A DNA stretch of 64,000 bases from NCBI RefSeq assembly GCF_009914755.1, contig NC_060939.1; one strand, 5' to 3'. The position numbers and the translations under genes are program-made. Shown here piece by piece: positions 17,052 through 36,200 of this stretch. Positions within the stretch are counted from its first letter, which is position 1. Each line of letters opens with the position of its first letter. Origin of the DNA: the human T2T-CHM13v2.0 reference genome, Homo sapiens. The notes under the pieces were generated by a model, which was given only the letters and a program-made list of their open reading frames with translations, had not been told where the DNA came from and did no database searches.

Positions 17052-17631
17052 GTACTCTCAGGGACTCTTAGCTTTCATAGCTTAGCTCCAGGGGGTACCC
17101 AGAGGCTGAGAGACCAGTCCTTTCTTCCCCGGCCTTAGTCCGATAAATGGAAATGTTGGATTTTTCAGGGATTTCTTTCCATGGGCTTCCTTCCATAATA
17201 CTCCTGGTACCCAGACTGTTCGAGAAAAGTAGCTCATTTTGTAACATTGGAAAGCCAGGTGGTTATGTCCTGCATGCTTCCCATTTGTATGATGCTTTTA
17301 GTATTCCAAAGGGGGTTCTTACTGATGACTTTATTTTATTCTGACAAACATCTCATACATAAGTCAGCTAGGGATTTTCCTCTCCATTTTATAGAATAGA
17401 AGAAGCCCACTACCATGACTTCCTCATCTGTCTCTCTGTTGACAGGTTGGAGGCTGATCTCTTAGAAAAGTAGGGGAAAAAAAGGAGAGGCATGAGCTTT
17501 CTGTACAAAGGGAGGAGAAAGCCTTTCCAGCACACCCAGAACTGAAACTTTAGAGTACTAGGACTGGAAGTTCCTGTCATTAAATGTGACTGTTTCATTT
17601 GCTTCTAACAAGTTCTTGTTTCTGTTTTCAG

Positions 17632-17763
17632 CTGTCTCAGTGATTCAGTCCATTCCAATATTCAATGAGACCGGACGATTCAGTTTCACATTGCCATATC
17701 CAGTGAAAATCAAAGTTAGATTTTCCTTTTTTCTTCAGATTTATCTTATAATGATATTTTTAG
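17632..17763 (+). CDS. HACD3: HACD3 exon (probable 10)
   Basis: tttcag|CTGTC...TTTTTAG|gtaagt; 132 nt, (A)VSVIQSIPIFNETGRFSFTLPYPVKIKVRFSFFLQIYLIMIFL. Confidence 0.96.
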
Positions 17764-18030
17764 GTAAGTATTGATTCTTTAATACAGACTTTTTCTTGTC
17801 ACTTCTTAGACAGTAGAATTAAATCATTCAGAAATGTAAAAGTCCATATGAGAATTCTTTTGGGACAGAATTAGAGAATGATTACTTTGCAAAAACAGAC
17901 CCACTAGGGGAATATGCTATGGTAAGGAAATATTTCTTTTCTAAATCTCCAGCAGTTAAATTATGTTCTTTAAGTGCTCTTGGTGATTGGGAATATACCA
18001 TAAGATATTTCTTGTTTAAAACAATGTAAG

Positions 18031-21618
<3,588 letters not shown>

Positions 21619-21701
21619 CTAGATACTGTCCCTGCCACAAGAGCTTCTGGTTATAAATAGACAAAGACTCTAATTTCTAATTGACCTCTTTTCTTTTTCA
21701 G

Positions 21702-21778
21702 GTTTATACATAAATTTTCGTCACCTTTATAAACAGCGCAGACGGCGCTATGGACAAAAAAAGAAAAAGATCCACTAA
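21702..21778 (+). CDS. HACD3: HACD3 last coding exon, C-terminal dilysine ER-retrieval signal
   Basis: tttcag|GTTTA...ATCCAC TAA; (G)LYINFRHLYKQRRRRYGQKKKKIH*. Confidence 0.96.
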
Positions 21779-22540
21779 AAAGAAAGATTTAGATGGCTTC
21801 TTGCCAGTTTGAGCCTAATCTGATTCTTACAGTTTTACCTTCTTGAACCAATGTAAAAGTTTTTTTAATGTTAAATGATTAAATTCTCAGTGAGGCTATC
21901 TTCCTTTTCCCCAGTAACATTCCTGAATTTACTGTTATCTTATTGTAGTACTTGCATGACATGGATTCCTGATATCTGATGAGAGGTTCATTCTTGTGTA
22001 TTCAGTTAATGACACCAAAAGGCTCAGCCCACCCCAACCCTATCTCATGTTCAGTCTGTCTAATACATGCCAGAGATTTTTTTTTCAAAAAGTGCTTTAT
22101 CCCTACAATGTACTGACAGTTCTTACAGTTGAGATTTGTTCTTTTCAGCTATTGCTTGTGAAAAAAAGCAAGACTATGTCACTCTATAGAAGGCTGTTAA
22201 AGTGACTCAGGCAGGAATTAATTATTCTGTACCTAAGGGGTTACTTGTTTAATGGGATGGCATTGACTTTTTGAAAATCAAGTGGACTGAGTCATTGATA
22301 AAACATTTCTAAGAGTGGGGCTAGAGAACATACTTTACATCTGACATCCTTTGGCCTAACAACATCTATTATTATAGTGCTCAGCAGTGTGGGCATTGAA
22401 GAGGCGCAGAATGCTTTGAAAGAAACTAATCAGAATCTTGGAACATCATGATCATGCCATTCTTAAGTAAATCAACTATTTTCAACACTGAAGAAAAATG
22501 AAACATTATTTAGAAAACAATGAGATTACAAGTTCCAAAC

Positions 22541-22873
22541 TCAGCCAGGAATGTGGCTCACACCTGTAATCCCAGCACTTTGGGACACCTAGGTGGGAGC
22601 ATCGCTTGAAGCCAGGAGTTCAAGACCAGCTTGGGCAACGTAGTGAGACCCCTATCTCTACAAAAAATAAAAAAATTAGCTGGGTGTGATGGCACACACC
22701 TGTTGTCCCAGCTACTCAAGAAGCTGAGATGGGAGGATCCTGAGCTCAGGAGGTCAAGGCTGCAGTGAGCCGAGATTGTGCCACTGCACTGCAGCTGGGG
22801 TGACAGTGCAAGACCCTGTCTCAAACCAAACCAAACCACACACACACAAACACACATACACACACACACACAC
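22541..22873 (+). mobile_element. AluJ-like element in HACD3 3'UTR with a (CA)n tail microsatellite
   Basis: Alu dimer 22541-22823, then (CCAAA)n and (CA)n to 22873. Confidence 0.9.
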
Positions 22874-23726
22874 GAGGTCCAAATGGTAGCAGGGATCCAA
22901 AGGGAACACAGTATGTAGGTCAAACTGGCAGTAACAGTGTACAGCCTTTGACAAACTAGAAATATTAGAGTAGGCCAAACACACCTCCAAACTGTAAGGC
23001 TGTGCACAAACATAAAAAATGGCAGCCTTCCATCTCCTGCACTGGCTGAGTCCATTTACTTGTGTACTTGTTCTAGTGAGTGGTGGGACTGTACATTTTT
23101 GAATAGACCTCAAAAATACTTCATTCTGCTGCTGTTCAGTTGGCTTTTTAAACCTGTCTGCAGTAGGACACTGAAAACAGCAAGAACTTCGGGGTGAACA
23201 CCCGCTGATCCTTTAACAAGGATTTCTGGCAGGAAACTCACAAAAAGGAGAACTGAAAATTTAGACATACAGTTGGCCATTGTAAAAAACATCAGTTTCC
23301 TCTCATACATTCCAAGTAAACCAAGTAAAATAAGTGTTGGAGTAACACTTGCATAAAAGAATTTAAGGAGTGATAGCTCTTTCTGTTCTGCCATTCCCAA
23401 CATTCCTGGGGGAAAGGAGACTCAATGAGTTAATACTATTTCACTGAGCCCAAGATGGAAACTTGGTTTGACCTAAAACATCTGATTAATATAGGCTAGC
23501 TGATTTCTTAAAAATTCGTTGCATTGAAGGATATTTTGCATGTCTGTAACACCTGTCAATACTTGTTTGTATTGATTTCTGATATTCTTGCAGCTGACTA
23601 CGTGTAATTGGGCAGATCAGCTTTGCAGTAGATTATGCTGCATCCTCGTGGCAAAATTCTGTATTCTTAGTGATTGTTACAAACCCCTTTATTGCTGTCT
23701 GAGAAAGTGAAAGATTGTGTATTTCT

Positions 23727-23732
23727 ATTAAA
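23727..23732 (+). terminator. HACD3 polyadenylation signal ATTAAA
   Basis: Variant PAS hexamer with upstream TGTA elements. Confidence 0.65.
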
Positions 23733-24196
23733 ACATTTACAATCAAAATTCTAATGACTGTGCTTAAAGATAATTTAGTCTAATGGTTCTCTGTTAGTGA
23801 TAAAGACCTTTGTTCAGGCAAAATATTATGTAGCAGTTCAGCATGTTAAACCAAAAACAGTTGCTCTGGTTGAAGCCTGAGAGTTACATGGAAGGTGGTG
23901 CAAATGAAAAACACTGATGATGCAGACAAAGCCTTGAGAAGTTGCCCAAAGTCATAAAGCTAGCTGATAAATTGGAACCATAATTAACTTTGGAATCGGA
24001 TCGGTGATCTGTCAGGATTACCTAGCCAGAACCTTGCTTAGGCAATGAGGCCTAATCAGTGTCAGAAATAAGGAAACCTCATGATTTATGAATCTATGCC
24101 ACTTAGAAAGTTGAAATTATATTAAAGTGATAAGACAGACCAAAAGCAAACGACCTTTAGTTTCATAGTGAAACCATTTTCTAGAAAATCAAATAT

Positions 24197-24202
24197 TTTA
24201 TT
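24197..24202 (-). terminator. INTS14 polyadenylation signal AATAAA
   Basis: TTTATT on + strand, ~600 nt past the INTS14 stop. Confidence 0.75.
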
Positions 24203-24806
24203 TTCATTAAAAAAAAACCTTGAATAATAGGAATCATTTTACACATTAATGGTTGCTCTTTAAAAGTTAGAATCTCAAGAGATACCAAAAGCACTTAAGA
24301 GTTACCACCACATTTTGCCCAAGTTCTAAGGAAAGTTCTGAAACTTAGTGGTGGTGTGTTTGTACTCAGCAAGCTCCAGACAGTCTGAGTTGCTCATTCC
24401 ATGAACAGAAGCTTGAAAATGCCCTTACAGTTGAGATATAAACGAGGGAAGAGGTGAAGCTTTCAGGAAGCCAGAGAGCCCCTGCCGGTCAGGTTTCCTG
24501 AGGAAGGCAGGGGTGCTCTATGCTCATCAGTCATTCAAGCTTCTCAGGAAATGTGCCCATCATGGGAACAGCAGCTATCTTCCAAGCTTAAAAATTATGA
24601 ATCCCAGGAAGTTAAAGCCCAACCAGCCAACCACCTTCACATCCTTCTCATACTAGTAGAGTCATTCAAAACAGCAAGTGGTGCTTCTGAGGCAGCCTCA
24701 GGAAGGTCTTTGGGTGGCTATTCTAGAGGTGAACATACTGGAAAGGTTTTTACCTAAAGCATTTTCAGTTGAAATGAAAAAAGAAGGAAAGCTCCAAAAG
24801 TCAGTT

Positions 24807-25058
24807 TCAAATTCTTTCAGTGCTGCTCCCAGAGAAGTCCGTGTGCAAAGGTGTGATGTTCTGGTCATAAGCGGCATACTCAGAGGTGCCGGTACTGGCC
24901 AGCTTGAGCTGCTGGGCAGCATGGGTCAGCTGGAATGCAGCATCAGGGTGGGCTGTCTCAGGCAGCAGTGTGCATTCCCTTTCCAGCATGTCAGCCACCC
25001 CTTTCAGCAGGTCCAGGAAACCAAAGGCTAGAGCGGCCTTTCGCAAACGGTTCAGCTC
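24807..25058 (-). CDS. INTS14: INTS14 last coding exon (12)
   Basis: tttcag|GAGCTG... to TGA; ELNRLRKAALAFGFLDLLKGVADMLERECTLL...GSSTERI*. Confidence 0.96.
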   Translation of the reverse strand, partial: ELNRLRKAALAFGFLDLLKGVADMLERECTLLPETAHPDAAFQLTHAAQQLKLASTGTSEYAAYDQNITPLHTDFSGSSTERI

Positions 25059-26373
25059 CTGAAACAAGACAGAAAATCACCAATGCTCCTGAAATGTGTT
25101 CCTAACACATACTTTCTAAGTGCTCAGCTTAGCATAAGTTCTCCTTGACTGAACTTTAGGGAGCAATTTTATATGAGAACAAATGTTTATTTAGGGATGC
25201 CAGTAACAAGAATGTGATGGTTTTACTGGGAAGTGGTTCCTCTGCAGGTGACCAGAAGCAGGCTAAGGAAGACAGCTGAATGAAACAACGTCATCATCAC
25301 AGTTAATGAGCATTTATGCCACATGTGGTAGTCAGCACTTTGCATCCATCATTTCGTTACTCCTAACTTTAAGGAGGAGTACTTTTCCCCTGTTATTTAG
25401 GTATGGAAAAGACTTGCCCTCAATCTGAAAACGCTCTTAACCCTCTGATGCCACTGTGGTGGGGCCTCAGGCTAAGACAATAAACAGGCTCAAGAGGAGG
25501 CCCTGGAGGAGTCAGAGTGGAAAGACCAACAAAAAGAAAGGCTGGTTACTGATAGAAGCAGAGAAATATGAAGTGCCCCAACAACCCCTTAGTGGAGTGG
25601 TCTGGGCAAGTTATATAGCCTCTCTGGGTCTCAAAGGCCTCATTTATAAAATGAGGAGAATAACCCCTTCCTTACCCACTGCAGAGGCTGAAGCACTTTC
25701 CCTAGGCCCTTTTGAGCTCTAATATGTAGCATTATATAAAACCAGAAAAGAGAAATGGGCTCTCTGACCATCTTTCTACTATCATCTGTTAAAAAAGTGG
25801 AAAGTTAAGAAGAAGGCCAAACAAGTGTGTCATCATGAGTAAATAGCTGATGACTGTAGGAAGCTCTGCAGGGAGGATGGACTGTGTGGATTATGGGCTT
25901 CAGTTTAGGGAGGGGCCTGGCTGGCTAAGAAGCTCTCCAGTTGAACTCTTGATTAAAGCTGTTTTATTTCACCAGCTTACTACATAATTAAGTTTGAAGA
26001 CAACAGTGACATAAAGGTAATGAGATAACACCCAGACAAAGTAGCATGTATCTTCTCTGGTTAAGATGCTAGCCTAAGGCTGGCTGTGTGTGCCACATTT
26101 TAGAATTAGAAAGCTAAGACACAAATGACATACTTTATGCTGCACTTAATTTAATTCCAGCCAAACACCAGAACAATAGGGGAGAATCAAGGAGCAAACC
26201 TAAATGTTCCCCACTCTACCCCACCCCCTGTAACTTAACAGTCTCTTCACCAATCGTTCTGGATTAGCTGCATATGATTCTGCAGGGCTATCTCCTCTGC
26301 AATTCATAAATGTGTAATGTTAGATATCATTCCTAGAAGCAGAGTCTCTGGTGCAATAAAAATGTTCTGGGGT

Positions 26374-27104
<731 letters not shown>

Positions 27105-27351
27105 TCAGTCATTCATTCACAGCAGCCCCAACACAGAAAAACCTTCTGCCTGTACAGAATTAGGCCATTTAAATTCTTCCAATTCTTGGATTTTAGGGAA
27201 GGAACAGACCTATCACTTTTACTGAGTTTATTTGAAAAAACTGAGGCACAAGTCATACATCTCTAACCCCTGCCCATATTCACACTGCCATCTCACAGTT
27301 TTACTGTCGTGAACCATATATTTTGGGCACATCCTCTTCTGTCTGTCTCAC

Positions 27352-27417
27352 CTTATAGAATGTCTGTGTTTTTTCAGGTAGTTTCCTTGCATTTCTTAAA
27401 ATCTTCTGTACATCTGT
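27352..27417 (-). CDS. INTS14: INTS14 exon 11
   Basis: taatag|ACAGAT...TATAAG|gtgaga; 66 nt, TDVQKILRNARKLPEKTQTFYK. Confidence 0.95.
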
Positions 27418-27679
27418 CTATTAAGGGTAAAAAAAAAAATCCAACATTAGAATTCTGTGGTAAAAAAGGGAAATAATATAAAAGAATGGATCTAAATGTT
27501 TAAAGAGATGAAAATGAGAACACAGCTACAATGTCAAGATGAGGATCCCTTCTGAGTTAATGTCAGTTCAACATTAGTAAAGCACTCCCTCCTTCAAAAG
27601 GCTTGACAGTAAAATAAATCCCCTGACAGAAACGAACTTGCCTCATAAAAATGTACCCAGTAAACCCATACATCTATTG

Positions 27680-29105
27680 CCAGGGACTTTTTTGCAAAGA
27701 CGATTCAATGGGGAAAAAATAGTCTCTTCAACATTTGGTGCTGAGACAACTGGATATCCACAAGCAAAAGAATAAAGTTGGACCCTTACATCATACCATA
27801 TACAAAAAACTAACTCAAAATGGATCAGAGACCTACATGTAAAAGCTAAAACTATAAAACTCTTAGAAAAAAACGGGCCAGGTGCAGTGGTGTGCCCCTG
27901 TAATCCTAGCTACTCAGGAGGATTGCTTGAGGCCAGAAGTTTGAGACCAGCCTGGGCAACGTAGTGAGATGTGTTTCTCAAGAGAAAAAGAGAAGAAGAA
28001 AAAGAAAACACAGCGGGTAAATCTTTATGACTTTGGATTTGGCAATGATCTCTTAGTTAAGACAGCACAAAGCACAAACAACAAAAGCAAGAGACAAAAT
28101 TTGACTTCTTCAAAACCAAAAACTTTGTGTATCAAAGGACACTATAAAGAGAGTGAAAAGATAACTCACAAAATGGGAGAAGATATTTGCAAATCATGTA
28201 TCTGCTAAGGATCATAATATCCAGAATATATAAAAAACCCAACAACAAAAAGACAAACCCAATTAAAAAATGGACAAAGAACTTGAGTATATACTTCTCC
28301 AAATAATATACACAAATGGCCAATAAGCACAGGAAAAGATGCACATTATTGGTCATCAAGGAAATGCAAAAACAAAGACATACCACTTCACACCTACTAT
28401 GATAGCTATATGATAATAATAATAAAAGGAAAACAATGAGTATTGGTAGGAACGTGGAGAAACTAGAACACTTATACACTGCTAGCAGAAATGTAAAATG
28501 GTGTGGCTGCTGTGAGAGAGTGTGGCAATTCCTCAGTAAGTTAAAGAGAATTGCTGTCTGACCCAGCAATCCCATTCCCATTAAAATATATACCCAAGAG
28601 TATTGAAAACAAATGTTCAGACCAAAACTTATACATGAATGTTTGTAACAGCATTATCCACAATAGCCAAAAGGTAACCCTAATGTCCGTCAACTGAGGG
28701 ATAATCAAAATGTGACATATACATATAGACATATGGAATATTAGCCATAAAAAGGAATGAAGTACTGATACATACTACAACATGAATAAACCTTGAAAAC
28801 ATCATGCTAAGTACAAGAAGTCAAACACAAAAGGCCACAAATTGTATGATTCTGTTTACATGAAATATCTAGAATAGGTAAGTCCATAGAGACAGAAAGA
28901 AAATCAATGGTTGCCAGGGCCCGGAAGAAGGAATGTGGAGTGACTTTCCTAATGGGCACAGGGTTTCCTTTTGGAGTGATTAAAATGTTCTGGAACTAGA
29001 GAGTGGTGATGGTACATTGTGAATGTACTAAATGGGACTGAATTGTGTACTTTAAAATGGTTGAAGGTACATTTTATGTATATTTTACCAGAATAAGAAA
29101 AATAA
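27680..29105 (+). mobile_element. L1MB-like ORF2 end and 3'UTR, interrupted by an Alu monomer at ~27876-27990
   Basis: Decayed ORF2 C-terminus (aaatagtctcttcaaca, ataccatatacaaaaa) and 3'UTR. Confidence 0.75.
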
Positions 29106-29507
29106 ACCCAAGATAGTAGTGAAGATTCAAACAAAAAAAATTAAAAAAAATAATTTAAGAAAAGCTCAGCTATAACTGGTGGTGAAAGTGGTTCTAATAT
29201 CCCTCTGACAAGGAAGCACTGGGGTCAGGGATATCAGGAAAATAGAAGACCCTGATTTTCCAACAAAGAGGCCCCTGACACTTTAGCCTTGGCAGGATGT
29301 GGTTCAGTCTCCATGGAAACGGGGCTCAGAGACTGTGCAGTCAACAGAAACTACTTTTGTTGTCCAAGTGGCCTGTCTCTTCTCATTTGGTTTAGGTTGA
29401 ACTTACTGGAAGAACAAATGTAAATAAAGGTGCTCAAAGGAGAAAAAAGTTTCAATAAGTGATTTTTAAAAACAGGTATAAATGACTTTTTGCTGATGAA
29501 AGGAGAA

Positions 29508-29616
29508 ATGTTCCTGAATACCATGCCTGAAAGCATCATTCCTTGATAATCATATTATCATATGTTCCTGAATACCATGCCTGAAAGCATCATTCCTTGA
29601 TAATCATATTATCATA
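29508..29616. repeat. Perfect 54-bp tandem duplication
   Basis: ATGTTCCTGAATACCATGCCTGAAAGCATCATTCCTTGATAATCATATTATCAT twice. Confidence 0.97.
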
Positions 29617-30167
29617 ACTTCCTATGGAAGTGTTTTTGTGAAATGTAATGCTATGGCTTGAGTTCTACTGAAGGGATGGAAGAAATATAGTTATGAAGAC
29701 TTTTACATCTTTTCCAAAACTGTTGTTAAAGCCAATACCCATTATGTTAGTCAATGCCTCACCATATAAAAAATTTCACACTAAAATTCAATGCCAGGAA
29801 AATATGTCTCTCTAGACAAACTGACAAATTTCCTTTCTTTAGACAAGAACAACTGACCTTGGTAACAGGAAGCTCAGAGCCAAAACACTCACATAAAGTT
29901 ATTATTTTGCCTTGGGTTCCTGGCACAATTGTCTTCCTTCTTCCTCCTTCCTCTAGGATTCTTATTGCTCTAAATTTTGTAAAAAATGATTTTGCTATAT
30001 ACATGTTTTACTGTAGGGCATCTCAAATCCCTTTTGGAAATAATGACAAACATTAGAAGTAAATGAATTACTAAGTATCAAAGGAAAAGAAAATCAAATA
30101 AAATGCCTGCCTGCCTACCCAAATGTCTCCTGTCCCCAGTGGAAAGCAACATAAATGGTAATGTTAC

Positions 30168-30286
30168 CTGCAGGCCGCTGGGTTTGATCCAGACAGTCAC
30201 ATTCTGGGCATAACTGCGTTTGTTTTTGGGCTGCAGGGGGAATGGACTCTTATTGTCATCCTCGCCATAAGGGTTTTCTTTAGCAT
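30168..30286 (-). CDS. INTS14: INTS14 exon 10
   Basis: tttaag|ATGCT...CTGCAG|gtaaca; 119 nt, (D)AKENPYGEDDNKSPFPLQPKNKRSYAQNVTVWIKPSGLQ. Confidence 0.95.
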
Positions 30287-30638
30287 CTTAAAAGAAAAGA
30301 CATTCTTGAAATGACATCTGGTAAAACACAATCAGTTACATTTCCATTTAGACTAGAAGCTCTTTGAATCACTCAATCTTTGATATCCTATCACTTTGTT
30401 AATTAAGAAAATCCATTAACTTCAGTCAGGTTGGAGAACCTGTTCTCAATAGAAAGCCACTGATGTAGGAGGCCCATTTAAGTGAAAAACAGCTTAATGT
30501 TTTTAAAGAAACAAGCTTCACTTATCTGATTTATAAATTAAGGTCAAAGGATAAAACAAATACATATTTAAAAAATATATATATATATACATACACATAG
30601 ACACACATATATATACTGCAATTCTATATAGTCTAACC

Positions 30639-30822
30639 CAGTGCTCTCCAACTGAACTTTCTGTATGATGGAAATGTTCTATATCTGTGCTGTCTAATGT
30701 GGTAGCTACTAACTACTAAGCACTTGCCCTGTGGCTAGTGTGACTGAGAAACTGAATTTCAAATTGTACTTAATTTTAATTAAATTTAATGTGGCTAGTA
30801 GCTACTGGATTAGACAGCATAG
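30639..30822. mobile_element. MER3-like hAT MITE
   Basis: aactttctgtatgatggaaatgttctatatctgtgctgtc...gtggctagt. Confidence 0.7.
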
Positions 30823-32039
30823 GTCTAGGCATTAAAATAATTAAAAAGGAAAACTATATATATAGCCAAATTAAGGCAAAGGGCAAGACAAGAAATACTT
30901 TTATTGGTGAAGCATACCCCAATATGGCTTATTAGTTTATTGCTTCCAAAAATGTAAAGCCACATTGGTTTTATAGCTACATGAACAAACAGGGTTTGTC
31001 TCTGTACCTGCTTCCTGAGTCTATGAAACTGCCACAAACTTATAAAGCACACATACTTCTAATGGTGTATTTGATCTTTATTATTATTACCACCTTCTCG
31101 TGTAGACAGAGCAGGAGTCATTTTCCTACAAGTTCAGAGAACTTAAATCTCTTGCCCAAAAGTTTGTGTTGAAAAATGTAATTAGACCAGTCTGTCTAAT
31201 TGAGCCAGACATTCTCTATCCCTGATTTGGTCATTAATTGAAACACCTTGATATTGGACCAACACTTCCTTTGTCAACCCTCTTCAGCCCTGACTCCTCC
31301 ATAAAATACTGGCCCAACTCTCCAGACGTATTTCCATTAATATTTGTCAATATATAAACCTTCTGAGTCAGGCTAAGGTCCTGCAAGTCCTTTCCCACAC
31401 AACAGTTCATTTCCAACTTTCCTGCTATTTCTATTACTCCTCACTGCCTAGAATGCTCTCCCTTCTTATTCACTCATTTACTCATTCACTTATTCATTCA
31501 TTATCTATAGTAAGACCCCACTACGTAGCAAGCACTGTGCCAGGAATTGTGCCTAGAGAAGATACTTTTCAGCCTCAAGGAACTTACAGAATAAAGAATA
31601 TTTATTAAGTTCCAACTATGTGCAAGATACTTTACATATTCAACTTCTCTCTTTATAGCAACTCTAGAGCGAAGATGTTATTAGTCCCATTAAAGATGAG
31701 GAAACTAAGGCACAGAGAGGTTGGACTTATACAAGGTTTCACAGTGACTCAGTTGGGCCTGCTTCAAAAGCCAACACTTTTTCCACCATTCAACACTGCT
31801 GTTCCTTACTTATCCAAACTTACCTACCTATATTCCAAGTCCAGATCCTATCTTACCCCTTCCATGAAATTGTTTCAAGTTTTTCTGGCAGATAGTGGTT
31901 TTTGTAGACCCTTTTATCCCCTAGCACTTAGTATCAGTACCAAACATTTCAACATCTAATCAGAGCCTATTTTGTACTGTCATTAGTTGTCTGGAGCCTA
32001 TATGTGGTAACTAACTGGCTTAGGAGACAGGAAATATTA

Positions 32040-33090
32040 CATTTATGAAAGAAGAAATTTTAAAAAGATAGTATAAACAAAAAATAAAAGTTATAAGATA
32101 AATTTGAAGATACAGAAGACAGAACAAAAATTTTAAAAATGGGAAAATGGGCAGAAAGAGATAGAAAATTACAAACACAAATCACAAATATATGTTCCAG
32201 AAAAGGAGAACAGAGAATACAGAAAGAGGAAATCAAAGAAATAATTGATCTTCCCAGTACTGAAGATCATGAATTGCCAGATGGAAAGGGTCCACTGAGT
32301 GCCTAGCAAAATCAATGAAGAGACCAACATTCTGAAATTCAGAATACCAGGGATACAAAGAAGATCACCAAGGAATATGGAGAAAATACAGTTCAGGGTC
32401 AAAGGTCTTTGAGTCACCATGGCACTAACTTTCCGTAGCAACACTGGACTCCAGAAGAGACAACAGAGTAATGCTTCAAAACTCTGAGGGAAAATGACTT
32501 CCAACTTAGAACTCAATTCCCAACCAAACTATCATTAAATATAAAGAATGAAATAAACATATATATATTTTCAAAATATACAAGATTTCAAAATATTTAC
32601 TTCCCATGTACCCTTTTTTTCAGGAGGAGTTATGAACAGGAGATCCATAGGAGAGATGTAAAGGGGAGACTCAGGACAACACCTATGCAACAGGTCTGGG
32701 GAATAACCATACCATTTATGAAGCAGGAGGATGGGAGATGACGCTAAGAAAAAAAAAGGAAACTGAGAAAATACCTGAAGAATGTATTTTACTTAGGGAG
32801 GAATTAGTTATATAGAAAACAAGCAAAGAAAAAAAATAACTGGGACTGAGCTAGGGGACAAAAAGTTGCAAAACAAAGGAAATACAAATTGGTATAGCTT
32901 AGTTGTAAATAACATTTACATCATGTAACAAGGACTGAATACTGATTTAACCAAAAAGAACATTATAACTATATTGGGAGGATAGTAGGAGGGGAAATGT
33001 GCGTCTTGTGTAGGTGGGTGGGAGATGGTGGTGTTAATAGAGCTAAATATTCATCCTTTAAAAAGTCAAAAAATGGCATCTAAAATGGGG
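32040..33090 (+). mobile_element. Old L1ME-like fragment
   Basis: A-rich decayed ORF1-like sequence (aatgcttcaaaactctgagggaaaatgac..tagaa). Confidence 0.5.
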
Positions 33091-33096
33091 GAAAAG

Positions 33097-34880
<1,784 letters not shown>

Positions 34881-35199
34881 TGAATATTCAAAATCCTCTC
34901 TTCTAGCTGTTTGAAAATATACACTAAATTATTGTGAGCAATATTCAGGCTACCATGCTACAGAGCACTGAACTTTTTCCTCCCTAACAGCTGTAACTTT
35001 GTATCTGTTACCTCTGCCTATTCTCCTCTCCTCACTACCCTTCCCAACCTCTAATGACCATGATTCTAGATTCTACTCTGTACTTCTATGAGCTCATTTT
35101 TTTTCAGCTTCCATATATGGGTGAGAACATGTGGTATTTATTCCAAGTTTATTTTTGTACACAAAAACTCAAAATTTGTGAACCACTGCCCTGAGCAAT

Positions 35200-36200
35200 C
35201 TCCCTCATTCTCACCATTTTAACTATTTATGATAGGCTTACAACCTAAAATTTTATCTCCAACTCTGCCCTCTCTCCTAAACTTCAGACTTCTACAGAAT
35301 TGTCTCTAGGTACCTCCACCTGTATCTCACAGGCACGAACTCAACATAAACAAAATATGTTCTTCCCAAATTTACTCTTCTCTCTGTATTATCTATTTCA
35401 ACTAATAGTACTATCTTTCACCCTGCAGCCCAGGTCAGAAACCTGGGATCAATTTTAACACTTCTCTCTCCATAATTTTCATATCCAAACATTATTGATC
35501 CTACCTCCTAAATATCTTTTACCCCCAGCTATTGCCACGGTCTGGCTCTCATCTTCACATTTCCAGGATTAACACAGTAACTTTCAGCCACAGGTCCTTG
35601 CCTTTTCAGATCCACACTCCACAGAGATATCTTTCTAAATACAAATTTCTTATCTCTCACTTGGATTATGGCCATACTGTACAACTGCAGGGGGCACCAG
35701 CCCCTAAAATATAGTTTCCTAACTGGTATCCCCCTGTTCTCACTGTAGCCAGAAGGATCTGATCACATTACTCCTCTTCAGTGGTTTCCCAGTATCTGCA
35801 AGATAAATTCCTGGTTCTTCACATTTCAGACAAGGCCTGCTCCACTCTAGCTACTACCAATCTCCAATCTACCATCTGCCCCTCCCACACCCACTCTCAC
35901 ATTTTGTGCCACACTTCCTTTTCTTTCTGTAGGTGTTCTGTTTGCCCAGGATGCCCTTTCTTCCCTTCATTAGCTCAGCAAGTTCCTCCTTTTCTTCAAA
36001 ACTCAACTAGGGTATTTCTCCTCTGTGAAGATTCTCCTGAGTCCTCTAGGCAGAGCTCATCATCATCTCCTCCAGGCTAACTCTGATTTGTGCCAGTCTG
36101 TGATCATTCCACTTTCCACTAGACTTTGAACAACTCCAGCTAACTCTTTATCCCTTAGGCCTGGCACAGAATAGGTTGCTTGGTAGATGTTCCTGAAATT
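35200..36200. mobile_element. L2 fragments
   Basis: L2-type phrases (gtcagaaacctggga, ctacctcctaaatatct, ggcctggcacagaataggt). Confidence 0.55.

Larger units (their letters stand above)
21779..23750 (+). other. HACD3: HACD3 3'UTR (end inferred)
   Basis: Follows the stop codon; ATTAAA at 23727-23732 followed by CA/A-rich cleavage context. Confidence 0.7.

Noticed and set aside
24551-25031. Plus-strand 117-aa and 68-aa ORFs over the INTS14 last exon
   Set aside because: Antisense shadow ORFs with no promoter, splice support or recognisable domain
29491-29535. TGATGA...CTGA resembling C/D snoRNA boxes
   Set aside because: Only ~40 nt between the boxes, no convincing terminal stem, and on the strand opposite the host intron
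29508-29616. Direct repeats as a CRISPR-like array
   Set aside because: Two adjacent copies with no spacer, in eukaryotic DNA with no cas genes
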